A stretch of 64,000 nt of DNA from Eukaryota sp. TZLM1-RC. Taxonomy: Eukaryota > Protista > Metamonada: BaSk clade. Positions 12,711 to 25,059 of the stretch are shown piece after piece; the first letter of the stretch is position 1, and each line of letters begins with the position of its first letter. The stretch is taken from positions 1-64,000 of the forward strand of contig JAUPSS010000007.1 of NCBI GenBank assembly GCA_040285825.1, in the 5' to 3' direction. Made by a program: the position numbers and the translations under genes. The notes under the pieces were generated by a model that worked only from the letters and a program-made list of their open reading frames with translations, did no database searches and was not told the DNA's origin.

Positions 12711-15700
12711 TTTATGTTTTTTTTATTTACTTTCATAGTTTTTTCGTTCTTTTTCTTTTAGAAATTCAATAAAGATCTAATCATACCAATGACCATTCAA
12801 CCAATCATACCAATGACTAATGACCATAGCACGGACTTTAACACCACAATTGTTATATTAATTGTCCCAAAATGGACTTTAAAGATTTGACCAATGATTG
12901 TAATAAACAACCATTGGTCAATATACGAAACTAGGAACTTCATATGAGCCTCAGTAAATCGTATCAAAAACGATACTCTTACACTTACAGCAATTGTTTT
13001 ATTAGTTTACAACATTCAATTGTATACTTTTGATTTTTACTTTTTTACAATTTAATGTTTAAAAATTAATACACTCAATTAATTCAAATATATACAAAAT
13101 CATTTGAAAATGTAATCATGAGTTTGTACTGATCAAGTACATAGCCAACATTACTAACACACAATTTCACACAAAGTTTGATCACAAGTTGATCACATCT
13201 AGTACATAAAGACTACATGCAACTCATCTAATCATACCAATGACCATTCAACCAATCATACCAATGACTAAATGACCATAGCACGGACTTTAACACCACA
13301 ATTGTTATATTAATTGTCCCAAAATGGACTTTAAAGATTTGACCAACGATTGTAATAAACAACCATTGGTCAATATACGAAACTAGGAACTTCATATGAG
13401 CCTCAGTAAATCGTATCAAAAACGATACTCTTACACTTACAGCAATTGTTTTATTAGTTTACAACATTCAATTGTATACTTTTTGATTTTTTACTTTTTT
13501 ACAATTTAATGTTTAAAAATTAATACACTCAATTAATTCAAATATATACAAAATCAATTGAAAATGTAATCATGAGTTTGTACTGATCAAGTAACACATA
13601 GCCAACACTACTCACACACAATTTCACACAAAATTTGATCACAAGTTTTTCACATCTAGTACATAAGGACTACATGCAACTCACCAAATCACACCAATGA
13701 CCATTCAACCAATCAAACCAATGACTACTCAAATGACCATAGAAAGGACTTTAACACCACAATTGTTATATTAATTGTCCCAAAATGGACTTTAAAGATT
13801 TGACCAATGATTGTAATAAACAACCATTGGTCAATATACGAAACTAGGAACTTCATATGAGCCTCAGTAAATCGTATCAAAAACGATACTCTTACACTTA
13901 CAGCAATTGTTTTATTAGTTTACAACATTCAATTGTATACTTTTGATTTTTACTTTTTACAATTTAATGTTTAAAAATCAATAACTCAATTAATTCAAAC
14001 ATATACAAAATCATTTGAAAATGTAATCATGAGTTTGTACTGATCAAGTAACACATAGCCAACACTACTCACACACAATTTCACACAAAGTTTGATCACA
14101 AGTTGATCACATCTAGTACATAAGGACTACATGCAACTCACCAAATCACACCAATGACCATTCAACCAATCAAACCAATGACTACTCAAATGACCATAGC
14201 AAGGACTTTAACACCACAATTGTTATAATAATTGTCCCGAAATGGACTTTAAAGATTTGACCAATGATTGTAATAAACAACCATTGGTCAATATACGAAA
14301 CTAGGAACTTCATATGAGCCTCAGTAAATCGTATCAAAAACGATACTCTTACACTTACAGCAATTGTTTTATTAGTTTACAACATTCAATTGTATACTTT
14401 TTGATTTTTTACTATTTTTACAATTTAATGTTTAAAAATAAATAACTCGATTAATTCAAACATATACAAAATCAATTGAAAATGTAATCATGAGTTTGTA
14501 CTGATCAAGTAACACATAGCCAACACTACTCACACACAAATTCACACAAAGTTTGATCACAAGTTGATCACATCTAGTACATAAGGACTACATGCAACTC
14601 ACCAAATCACACCAATGACCATTCAACCAATCAAACCAATGACTACTCAAATGACCATAGCAAGGACTTTAACACCACAATTGTTATAATAATTGTCCCG
14701 AAATGGACTTTAAAGATTTGACCAATGATTGTAATAAACAACCATTGGTCAATATACGAAACTAGGAACTTCATATGAGCCTCAGTAAATCGTATCAAAA
14801 ACGATACTCTTACACTTACAGCAATTGTTTTATTAGTTTACAACATTCAATTGTATACTTTTTGATTTTTTACTATTTTTACAATTTAATGTTTAAAAAT
14901 AAATAACTCAATTAATTCAAACATATACAAAATCAATTGAAAATGTAATCATGAGTTTGTACTGATCAAGTAACACATAGCCAACATTACTCACACACAT
15001 TTTCACACAAAGTTTGATCACAAGTTGATCACATCTAGTACATAAGGACTACATGCAACTCACCAAATCACACCAATGACCATTCAACCAATCAAACCAA
15101 TGACTACTCAAATGACCATAGCACGGACTTTAACACCACAATTGTTATAATAATTGTCCCAAATGGACTTTAAAGATTTGACCAATGATTGTAATAAACA
15201 ACCATTGGTCAATATACGAAACTAGGAACTTCATATGAGCCTCGGTAAATCGTATCAAAACAATACTCTTACACTTACAGCAATGGTTTTCTTAGTTTGC
15301 AACATTCAATTGTATACTTTTTGATTTTTTTACTATTTTTACAATTTAATGTTTAAAAATAAATAACTCAATTAATTCAAATATATACAAAATCAATTGA
15401 AAATGTAATCATGAGTTTGTACTGATCAAGAAACACATAGCCAACATTACTCACACACAATTTCACACAAAGTTTGATCACAAGTTGATCACATCTAGTA
15501 CATAAGGACTACATGCAACTCATTTAATCATACCAATGACCATTCAACCAATCATACCAATGACTACTCAAATGATCATAGCACGGACTTTAACACCACA
15601 ATTGTTATATTAATTGTCCCAAAATGGACTTGAAAGATTTGACCAATGATTGTAATAAACAACCATTGGTCAATATACGAAACTAGGAACTTCATATGAG

Positions 15701-18700
15701 CCTCGGTAAATCGTATCAAAAACAATACTCTTACACTTACAGCAATGGTTTTATTAGTTTGCAACAATCAATTGTATACTTTTTGATTTTTTACTATTTT
15801 TACAATTTAATGTTTAAAAATAAATAACTCAATTAATTCAAACATATACAAAATCAATTGAAAATGTAATCATGAGTTTGTACTGATCAAGTAACACATA
15901 GCCAACATTACTCACACACATTTTCACACAAAGTTTGATCACAAGTTGATCACATCTAGTACATAAGGACTACATGCAACTCACCAAATCACACCAATGA
16001 CCATTCAACCAATCAAACCAATGACTACTCAAATGACCATAGCACGGACTTTAACACCACAATTGTTATATTAATTGTCCCACAATGGACTTTAAAGATT
16101 TGACCAACGATTGTAATAAACAACCATTGGTCAATATACGAAACTAGGAACTTCATATGAGCCTCGGTAAATCGTATCAAAAACAATACTCTTACACTTA
16201 CAGCAATGGTTTTCTTAGTTTGCAACAATCAATTGTATACTTTTTGATTTTTTTACTATTTTTACAATTTAATGTTTAAAAATAAATAACTCAATTAATT
16301 CAAATATATACAAAATCAATTGAAAATGTAATCATGAGTTTGTACTGATCAAGAAACACATAGCCAACATTACTCACACACAATTTCACACAAAGTTTGA
16401 TCACAAGTTGATCACATCTAGTACATAAGGACTACATGCAACTCATTTAATCATACCAATGACCATTCAACCAATCATACCAATGACTACTCAAATGATC
16501 ATAGCACGGACTTTAACACCACAATTGTTATATTAATTGTCCCAAAATGGACTTTAAAGATTTGACCAATGATTGTAATAAACAACCATTGGTCAATATA
16601 CGAAACTAGGAACTTCATATGAGCCTCAGTAAATCGTATCAAAAACGATACTCTTACACTTACAGCAATGGTTTTATTAGTTTGCAACATTCAATTGTAT
16701 ACTTTTTGATTTTTTACTATTTTTACAATTTAATGTTTAAAAATAAAACTCAATTAATTCAAATATATACAAAATCAATTGAAAATGTAATCATGAGTTT
16801 GTACTGATCAAGTAACACATAGCCAACATTACTCACACACAATTTCACACAAAGTTTGATCACAAGTTGATCACATCTAGTACATAAGGACTACATGCAA
16901 CTCATCTAACCATACCAATGACCATTCAACCAATCATACCAATGACTACTCAAATGACCATAGCACAGACTTTAACACCACAATTGTTATATTAATTGTC
17001 CCAAAATGGACTTGAAAGATTTGACCAATGATTGTAATAAACAACCATTGGTCAATATACGAAACTAGGAACTTCATATGAGCCTCGGTAAATCGTATCA
17101 AAAACAATACTCTTACACTTACAGCAATTGTTTTATTAGTTTACAACATTCAATTGTATACTTTTTGATTTTTTACTATTTTTACAATTTAATGTTTAAA
17201 AATTAATAGCTGAATTAATTCAAATATATACAAAATCAATTGAAAATGTAATCCTGAGTTTGTACTGATAAAGTAACACATAGCCAACACTACTCACACA
17301 CAATTTCACACAAAGTTTGATCACAAGTTGATCACATCTAGTACATAAGGACTACATGCAACTCATCTAATCATACCAATAACCATTCAACCAATCATAC
17401 CAATGACTACTCAAATGATCATAGCACGGACTTTAACACCACAATTGTTATATTAATTGTCCCAAAATGGACTTTAAAGATTTGACCAATGATTGTAAAC
17501 AACCATTGGTCAATATACGAAACTAGGAACTTCATATGAGCCTCGGTAAATCGTATCAAAAACAATACTCTTACACTTACAGCAATGGTTTTATTGGTTT
17601 GCAACAATCAATTGTATACTTTTTCATTTTTTACTTTTTTGACAATTCAATGTTTAAAAATTAATACACTCAATTAATTCAAATATATACAAAATCATTT
17701 GAAAATGTAATCATGAGTTTGCACTGATCAAGTAACACATAGCCAACATTACTCACACACAATTTCACACAAAGTTTGATCACAAGTTGATCACATCTAG
17801 TACATAAGGACTACATGCAACTCATCTAATCATACCAATGACCATTCAACCAATCATACCAATGACTACTCAAATGACCATAGCACAGACTTTAACACCA
17901 CAATTGTTATAATAATTGTCCCAAAATGGACTTTAAAGATTTGACCAATGATTGTAATAAACAACCATTGGGCAATATACGAAACTAGGAACTTCATATG
18001 AGCCTCGGTAAATCGTATCAAAAACAATACTCTTACACTTACAGCAATGGTTTTATTAGTTTGCAACAATCAATTGTATACTTCTTGATTTTTTTACTAT
18101 TTTTACAATTTAATGTTTAAAAATAAATAACTCAATTAATTCAAATATATACAAAATCAATTGAAAATGTAATCATGAGTTTGTACTGATCAAGTAACAC
18201 ATAGCCAACATTACTAACACACAATTTCACACAAAGTTTGATCACGAGTTGATCACATCTAGTACATAAAGACTACATGCAACTCATCTAATCATACCAA
18301 TGACCATTCAACCAATCATACCAATGACTAATGACCATAGCAAGGACTTTAACACCACAATTGTTATATTAATTGTCCCAAAATGGACTTTAAAGATTTG
18401 ACCAATGATTGTAATAAACAACCATTGGTCAATATACGAAACTAGGAACTTCATATGAGCCTCGGTAAATCGTATCAAAAACAATACTCTTACACTTACA
18501 GCAATGGTTTTATTAGTTTGCAACAATTAATTGTATACTTTTTGATTTTTTTACTATTTTTACAATTTAATGTTTAAAAATAAATTACTCAATTAATTCA
18601 AATATATACAAAATCAATTGAAAATGTAATCATGAGTTTGTACTGATCAAGTAACACATAGCCAACATTACTCACACACAATTTCACACAAAGTTTGATC

Positions 18701-20194
18701 ACAAGTTGATCACATCTAGTACATAAGGACTACATGCAACTCATCTAATCATACCAATAACCATTCAACCAATCATACCAATGACTACTCAAATGATCAT
18801 AGCACGGACTTTAACACCACAATTGTTATAATAATTGTCCCAAAATGGACTTTAAAGATTTGACCAACGAGTCAATATACGAAACTAGGAACTTCATATG
18901 AGCCTCAGTAAATCGTATCAAAAACGATACTCTTACACTTACAGCAATTGTTTTATTAGTTTACAACATTCAATTGTATACTTTTTGATTTTTTATTTTT
19001 TTACAATTTAATGTTTAAAAATTAATAGCTGAATTAATTCAAATATATACAAAATCAATTGAAAATGTAATCCTGAGTTTGTACTGATAAAGTAACACAT
19101 AGCCAACACTACTCACACACAATTTCACACAAAGTTTGATCACAAGTTGATCACATCTAGTACATAAGGACTACATGCAACTCATCTAATCATACCAATA
19201 ACCATTCAACCAATCATACCAATGACTACTCAAATGATCATAGCACGGACTTTAACACCACAATTGTTATATTAATTGTCCCAAAATGGACTTTAAAGAT
19301 TTGACCAATGATTGTAAACAACCATTGGTCAATATACGAAACTAGGAACTTCATATGAGCCTCGGTAAATCGTATCAAAAACAATACTCTTACACTTACA
19401 GCAATGGTTTTATTGGTTTGCAACAATCAATTGTATACTTTTTCATTTTTTACTTTTTTGACAATTCAATGTTTAAAGATTAATAAACTCAATTAATTCA
19501 AATATATACAAAATCAATTGAAAATGTAATCATGAGTTTGTACTGATCAAGTAACACATAGCCAACATTACTCACACACAATTTCACACAAAGTTTGATC
19601 ACAAGTTGATCACATCTAGTACATAAGGACTACATGCAACTCACCTAATCACACCAATGACCATTCAACCAATCATACCAATGACTACTCAAATGACCAT
19701 AGCACGGACTTTAACACCACAATTGTTATATTAATTGTCCCAAAATGGACTTTAAAGATTTGACCAATGATTGTAATAAACAACCATTGGTTAGTTTCCC
19801 TTGGTTAGGACAGAACTTGCATTGGAAACAAACACGTTTCCTGTTCGGATCAGAGAACACCTACAGGCAAGAAATCAGCTATCTGGCTTTGTGTCATGTT
19901 GAGGAAGAAGTGTGTAAACAGAGATCAAACCTTAGTATCGTCAGATGCATGACGCTTGAGGGACTTCAATTAGGCATCATGATCAGAGCCAAGAATTTCA
20001 AATGATCTCTTAAATAAAGAATATCTTCAAGTTCTATAAAAATATCATTATTTTTGGGAATACGGAGCAATTAAGAAAAAAGCAATCAAAGGAAAAAGTT
20101 CGTGAAGGAATGGGGGATGGTTGATTCAGAAAAATATTGTTGGCATGAATTCTTCAGTTGAATTTGATTCAACATTGATTTGTTCCTTCTTTCA

Positions 20195-21502
20195 ATGATT
20201 AAATGTTCAGTCGCTACCGACCTAGTACGTCCTTCACTTAAGCGAAGGAGAAGATCAAAATCCCTCGGAGAACCAAAGAAGAAACATCCTCGGAGTACAC
20301 ATGATGATGATCACCAAGAGCTCTTTGTGTGTCCTTCACTCCCTTCTTCACCACTTCCTGTACGCACTCGTCGAACCTCTAAAATTGAAACAAACTCGCA
20401 AAAACAGGTTCATTTTGCCATCAATTCTACACCTACTCCAGCTATGGCTTACGCTTTGCTCTCCGCTTTTCGTAATGGTCTTGGTATCTCCTTCACTGAT
20501 TTTCAAAAGCTTCTTTCATTTGGTGTTGAGCTATTTACACCACAGCCCAATGTTAGACAGATAAATCCCCCTAAACAAGGAGAGAAATTGGTTATTGTCG
20601 GTGATTTACATGGACAGTTTTACGATCTTTTTGACAACATTCTTTCAGTGCATGGATTACCAATGATTGAAGATGATTACATTAATAAAGGTAGGAAAAT
20701 ATTGTTTAGACATAAAATCAAGAGTTGTAACTTATTAACCAAATCGAATGTTACTTACATCTTTAATGGAGATTTCGTAGATCGTGGCAGGTTCTCTGTC
20801 CAAACATTCTGTTCACTTCTTGCTCTAGCCTTGGCCTTTCCCGATAGTGTTTATCTAAATAGAGGTAACCATGAAGAAGAAAGCACCGCATCGGTGTATG
20901 GTTTCTTTGATGAAATTTCAGCAAAATATGTGTTTTCGGAAGCTTTGGCTCTGCAGAGAGACTGCACTCGATTGTTTAAATCGTTACCAATAGCAACTGT
21001 AGTAAAAGGATATTTTTTCATTGTGCATGGAGGGCTCTCCAAGAAAATCACTTCTTTGGACATCATCAATAAGCCCAATAGAACTCTAGAAAGTTCAATT
21101 ATATCAAATCTTTTGTGGTCGGATCCAATGAACACTGGTGTCCAACGGAGGAGTGTTCGTGGAATTGGCGTTAGATTTGGACCCGGGATTACCAAAACTC
21201 TACTTAACAACACCAACCTCAAGCTCCTTATCAGATCCCATGAGTGGCAGAATGGTGGTATTGATGTTTGCCATGAAGGAAAGGTTGTGACTGTGTTTAG
21301 TGCTCCTAATTATTATGGTGAAGAGTCCAAAGGCTCTGTTTTAGTTTTTGAAAAAAAAGGAGAAGATGGTTCTGAACTTGGTTACTGGAATGGTTTTGCT
21401 CTTTATTCAGTGAGTTTTGATCTAGCTGATGCCCCAGACGAACCTGATTATTTCAACGTGCAAAAGTTGTATAATTTGCTTGAAGAAAAACAATCTCTGT
21501 AG
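20195..21502 (+). CDS. PPP-family Ser/Thr protein phosphatase (PP5/PP7/PPEF-like catalytic domain)
   Basis: GDLHGQ, GDFVDRG, RGNHE, HGG, LLWSDP, RSHE, SAPNY. First ATG at 20195. Confidence 0.92.
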   Translation: MIKCSVATDLVRPSLKRRRRSKSLGEPKKKHPRSTHDDDHQELFVCPSLPSSPLPVRTRRTSKIETNSQKQVHFAINSTPTPAMAYALLSAFRNGLGISFTDFQKLLSFGVELFTPQPNVRQINPPKQGEKLVIVGDLHGQFYDLFDNILSVHGLPMIEDDYINKGRKILFRHKIKSCNLLTKSNVTYIFNGDFVDRGRFSVQTFCSLLALALAFPDSVYLNRGNHEEESTASVYGFFDEISAKYVFSEALALQRDCTRLFKSLPIATVVKGYFFIVHGGLSKKITSLDIINKPNRTLESSIISNLLWSDPMNTGVQRRSVRGIGVRFGPGITKTLLNNTNLKLLIRSHEWQNGGIDVCHEGKVVTVFSAPNYYGEESKGSVLVFEKKGEDGSELGYWNGFALYSVSFDLADAPDEPDYFNVQKLYNLLEEKQSL

Positions 21503-21661
21503 AATTTTTTTGATGTTTGCGGTTTATAAAATAATTTCATTTAATATTATTTTTAATAAATTCATTTTTTTTATTTATTGCCAATATTATTGTTATTAAA
21601 ATGTCTTCAATGGCAAGAACAAATCTACGCAATTAAACTAAATAAAAGGGAAAAAGAACAA

Positions 21662-22936
21662 TTATTGTAGAGTAAAGTCAAACGCAAAGGTGTAAACCAG
21701 CAAAACAACAGGTAATCCAAGATTGGCATACAAAACAACCTTATTCAGCAAAGCAGTGCATATATCATACTCCTTGGCTAGGGTAAAGACTGTTAGAGCA
21801 TTGGGTAACAGATGAAGAAAGAGTAATACATCACGGACAAAAACATCAACGTTAAAGAGCTGCAAGACCGCCAGCATTAGGAAAGGAGCCGCCACAAGCC
21901 TTAAAAACATTAAGAGGCCAAGGAAATACTTGCCGCCATTGGTGAGTTCTAACTGTTCACAATAGCTGAGTTGATGATAAGAGAATCCATCGTCTAAAGG
22001 AAGTGGGCGCTCCTTGGTTGTTTCAGCAAGACTTACTTCTTCCTTCTCCTGGGGTTCCTTTTCCACAGAGTCATTATCAGAGTTGCTTGGACTTTTTTCT
22101 TCTGAATCTTCACTTGCTTCAGCATCAGATTCAGAGGATTGCTTCGTGGCTTGTGATCTACTTGACTTCCCTTCAGCAGTGTCCAGATCGTACTTGTTGG
22201 CATCAAATTTACGTTTATCCATTATTCTGGCAGCCATGAACATACCAATGGAAAACAAACTGGTTCCAGTAACAGTAGAAGATAGATACTGAATAGAGGT
22301 GGACACAAACTCGGGCATGGGTATTCCAAACCCTGCAAACATTAGAGCCAACGCAACCGCCATGATTGACTTATTGAGGAGAACAGCCTTCAAAAGCCTC
22401 TTCTTCGAACCTTTCTTGGGACCAGCTCCGGATTCTGATAGAAGAATTGATGTAGGAATGTGAAGAAGACTGTTGATAGCACCTCCAATAGCACAATATC
22501 TTGCAGCCATGTCTCCAAACATTGCTGTGCTAATTGGAATACCTGTGGTTAGTTAACCACTATAAAACCAATAGAACAAACCAAATATAACAGTATTTGT
22601 CCATGCAAAGGAAGACCATACAACGAAAATACTTTGATTTAGGGGAAGTTTAAAACCGAGTTTAGCTGCCACTGAGCAGGAAAGCAAGGACAGTAAAAAT
22701 GAACTCGCCTTAAAAACAAGTAACGCCCAAATGAACAGTGGCTCAACCACTGACAGATCTATTGTAGAAATAAGATTAAAAAGTAATCCAGGAACACAGA
22801 ATCGATATAGGAAAGAGTTGATTTCTGATATAGCACATGGTTTCAACACTTTATACCAAATGGCGATGAAGCCAAGCATGATGACTACCAGGGTTGGAAT
22901 AGAAGCATTAAAGACTACCAAGATTACGTCCAACAT
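21662..22936 (-). CDS. PIN/auxin-efflux-carrier (Mem_trans) family transporter, two exons (22936-22582, 22542-21662)
   Basis: Removing a 39-nt GT..AG intron (22581-22543) restores NTVIFGIPIS. Two hydrophobic halves flank an acidic loop; LFSIGMF and LRLVAAP motifs. Confidence 0.85.
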
Positions 22937-23136
22937 TTTGAAGGTGTTGAAGGTGTTTTTAATTGTTTAGTTTCTATAATTATGTCATCTCTTTGGTAAA
23001 TTACCAATCTGTTGGTAATTTCTCTATGTCAATGGCTGCGAAAAGTTTGGATTTGACACCTTGAATGCGGTTCCGGATTCGAATGAGCATTTATTATTCA
23101 CCATTGATGATTTTATCAATTGAACTTGCAACTTGA

Positions 23137-24000
23137 ATGAAAATGATCTTCATAATAAATAAATGCAACTCTGCCGTTTTAAATCAAGATCTTCACTCAT
23201 TTTTATTGGAAAAGGGTGTTTGTGAAAACAAGTCACCAGATTCTTGACTTTTTGTAACCATTGTACCACGAAGATTTGGATTGTGTGCCACAAATGAAGC
23301 ATTTGTAACAACATTAAGATTATATTTGAATATCCCCATTAATCAATTATTATCAAAAGAACAATGTATTTGTTTGAATCACCACAGCCCACTTTGCGTC
23401 ATGCTCAGACAGTGTTCTTAACATGGTACGAACTGCAAGAATCTCGTGCCAAAGAGCCCCTGCTAAAAGAAACATTGTCATTGAATAATTTTGGTTCCGA
23501 TGATAGAGGTGATGTATACTGTGATTGCATTGAGAATTCTGAGCTGTTGCTGACTTTGTCTCCTGTAATGGTGCAAATGACACTTTGGTTCACAGAAGAA
23601 AACTTAATCCTGTGGCTGCTCTGGATTTTAAAGCAAAAAAGAAACATAGAAAATATGATAAAGATATTGAAGAGACTAATGTCGATAGAAATACACAGCT
23701 GGTTTTTATTGCTTTCCCATTTTCGATAAATGGAAGATTATCAGTTGAAGCAGAAACTTTTTTGAATGACTTCCAAAAAATGGTGCAAGAAAAAACAATG
23801 AGAAGATTTGATATATTTTTATGACGTTCACGGATTCAATTTGCCATTATTTATAGATTACCACGGTTTTTCAATCGAATAAGAGAAGCTTTGACTAGAC
23901 AGCAAGCAGATCAAGATTTTGTAGAGGAAATCTTGGTTCAATGATTGTCGTCCCATTAGTATTGAGTTAATTTAATTAAGTGTGCAAATTCAATAAATAA
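23137..24000 (+). mobile_element. Decayed 3' fragment of an RLE non-LTR retrotransposon (same family as 28340-29966)
   Basis: Close nucleotide similarity to the reverse complement of about 28360-29260, with frameshifts and deletions; ends in AATAAATAA. Confidence 0.9.
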
Positions 24001-24157
24001 ATTAGTTTAAATCTCAAAAGTCTCAACTTTAAATACATCTTCCCACTTTAAAACATCATGCGCATCCTTGATAAGTCTGAAGAGATTGAAGCTGATGTTA
24101 CCTTTGAGGATCAAACTAATATATGCGAATACAGTCGTCTGAATCATCACTGTGTCA

Positions 24158-24530
24158 AAGAAGAAAACTTAATTCGGTAAATGCTTGATTTTAAAGCCAA
24201 AGAAACACATAGAAAATATGACAAGGATATCGAAGACGCTAATGCTGACTGAAATAGATCATCTGTTTCTACTGCTTTCCTTTTCTATAAACGGAAGACT
24301 TTCAGTAGAAGCAGAAACTGTTTTCAACGATTCCCAAACAATGGTTCAAGAAGAAACAATAAAAAATTTGATATTTTTATGGCGCCCTCGAATTCAATTT
24401 GCCATCATTAATAGATTACCTCGATTTTTTAATAGCATTGGAGAAGCTTTAGCTAGACAGCAAGCAGATCATGATTTTGTAGAGGAAATTTTGGTTCAAA
24501 GAAATTCGTCCCATTAGTTATGAATATATT
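24158..24530 (+). mobile_element. Second, shorter 3' fragment of the same non-LTR family
   Basis: FSINGRLSVEAET...RIQFAIINRLPRFFN...QQADHDFVEEILVQ matches the family C-terminus. Confidence 0.85.
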
Positions 24531-25059
24531 CTATTAATTGTACATGTTCAATAAGTATCTTACAAGGTACGTCTCAGTGCAGGGATCTAATAATGTTAGT
24601 GTTTCATTCTTTTTGCTTATACAAATAATTCCATTGCATAATAATAAAGTAAAGATAGACACATTCGACTGGGCGTATAGATTGAGTTTTCCAAAGATCA
24701 GATGTCCAATAATAAGTTTGGAAATTGGTCAAAAACTGAGTTGTAGATAACATACATTTTTAGTATTAAATGGCAAGAAATAACAGTCTCTCTACAGTTC
24801 TCTCTTCTAATCATCGACAAAGTGTGGGTTCCTTTGGATAATAGATTTGAGCTTTGAGGAGATTTAATCTCATCGTAATAGTAATTTTGGGTGCGATGAG
24901 GTTCATTAATGAATTGCAACACCGGAGTTTTAATTGTTGTAGGCATACATTGAAAGATCGCAACAAGATTTGAGCATCAAATTCGGAAACTCTGTATTTT
25001 TGTACAATTTTGGTGTCCCCCATTGATCCTTCTATTGTCGTAAATCGTCGTATTGTACG

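Larger units (their letters stand above)
8984..12774 (+). mobile_element. Apparently full-length RLE-type (CRE-like) non-LTR retrotransposon with N-terminal RNase H, inserted in the satellite
   Basis: 12-bp TSD ATCTAATCATAC at 8972-8983 and 12775-12786; ends in TTCAATAAAG. Domain order is RNase H, 2 C2H2 fingers, RT, CCHC, RLE. Confidence 0.93.
1..19791. repeat. ~457-bp tandem satellite array (about 32-33 units, open at the window start), interrupted by two retrotransposons
   Basis: The unit start TTTAAAAATTAATACACTC recurs at about 457, 915, 1372, 1833 and onward. The array stops mid-unit at ...CAACCATTGGT (19791). Confidence 0.98.

Noticed and set aside
2027-19426. Recurrent 62-72 aa minus-strand ORFs (MLQTNKT...)
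   Set aside because: By-products of the satellite: open in only some units, broken by indels, with no recognisable domain.
1-19791. Satellite as a CRISPR-like array
   Set aside because: Whole units repeat; there are no unique spacers and no cas genes.
20691-20709. Possible GTAGG..TTTAG intron in the phosphatase gene
   Set aside because: 19 nt would break the frame, and the ORF reads through.
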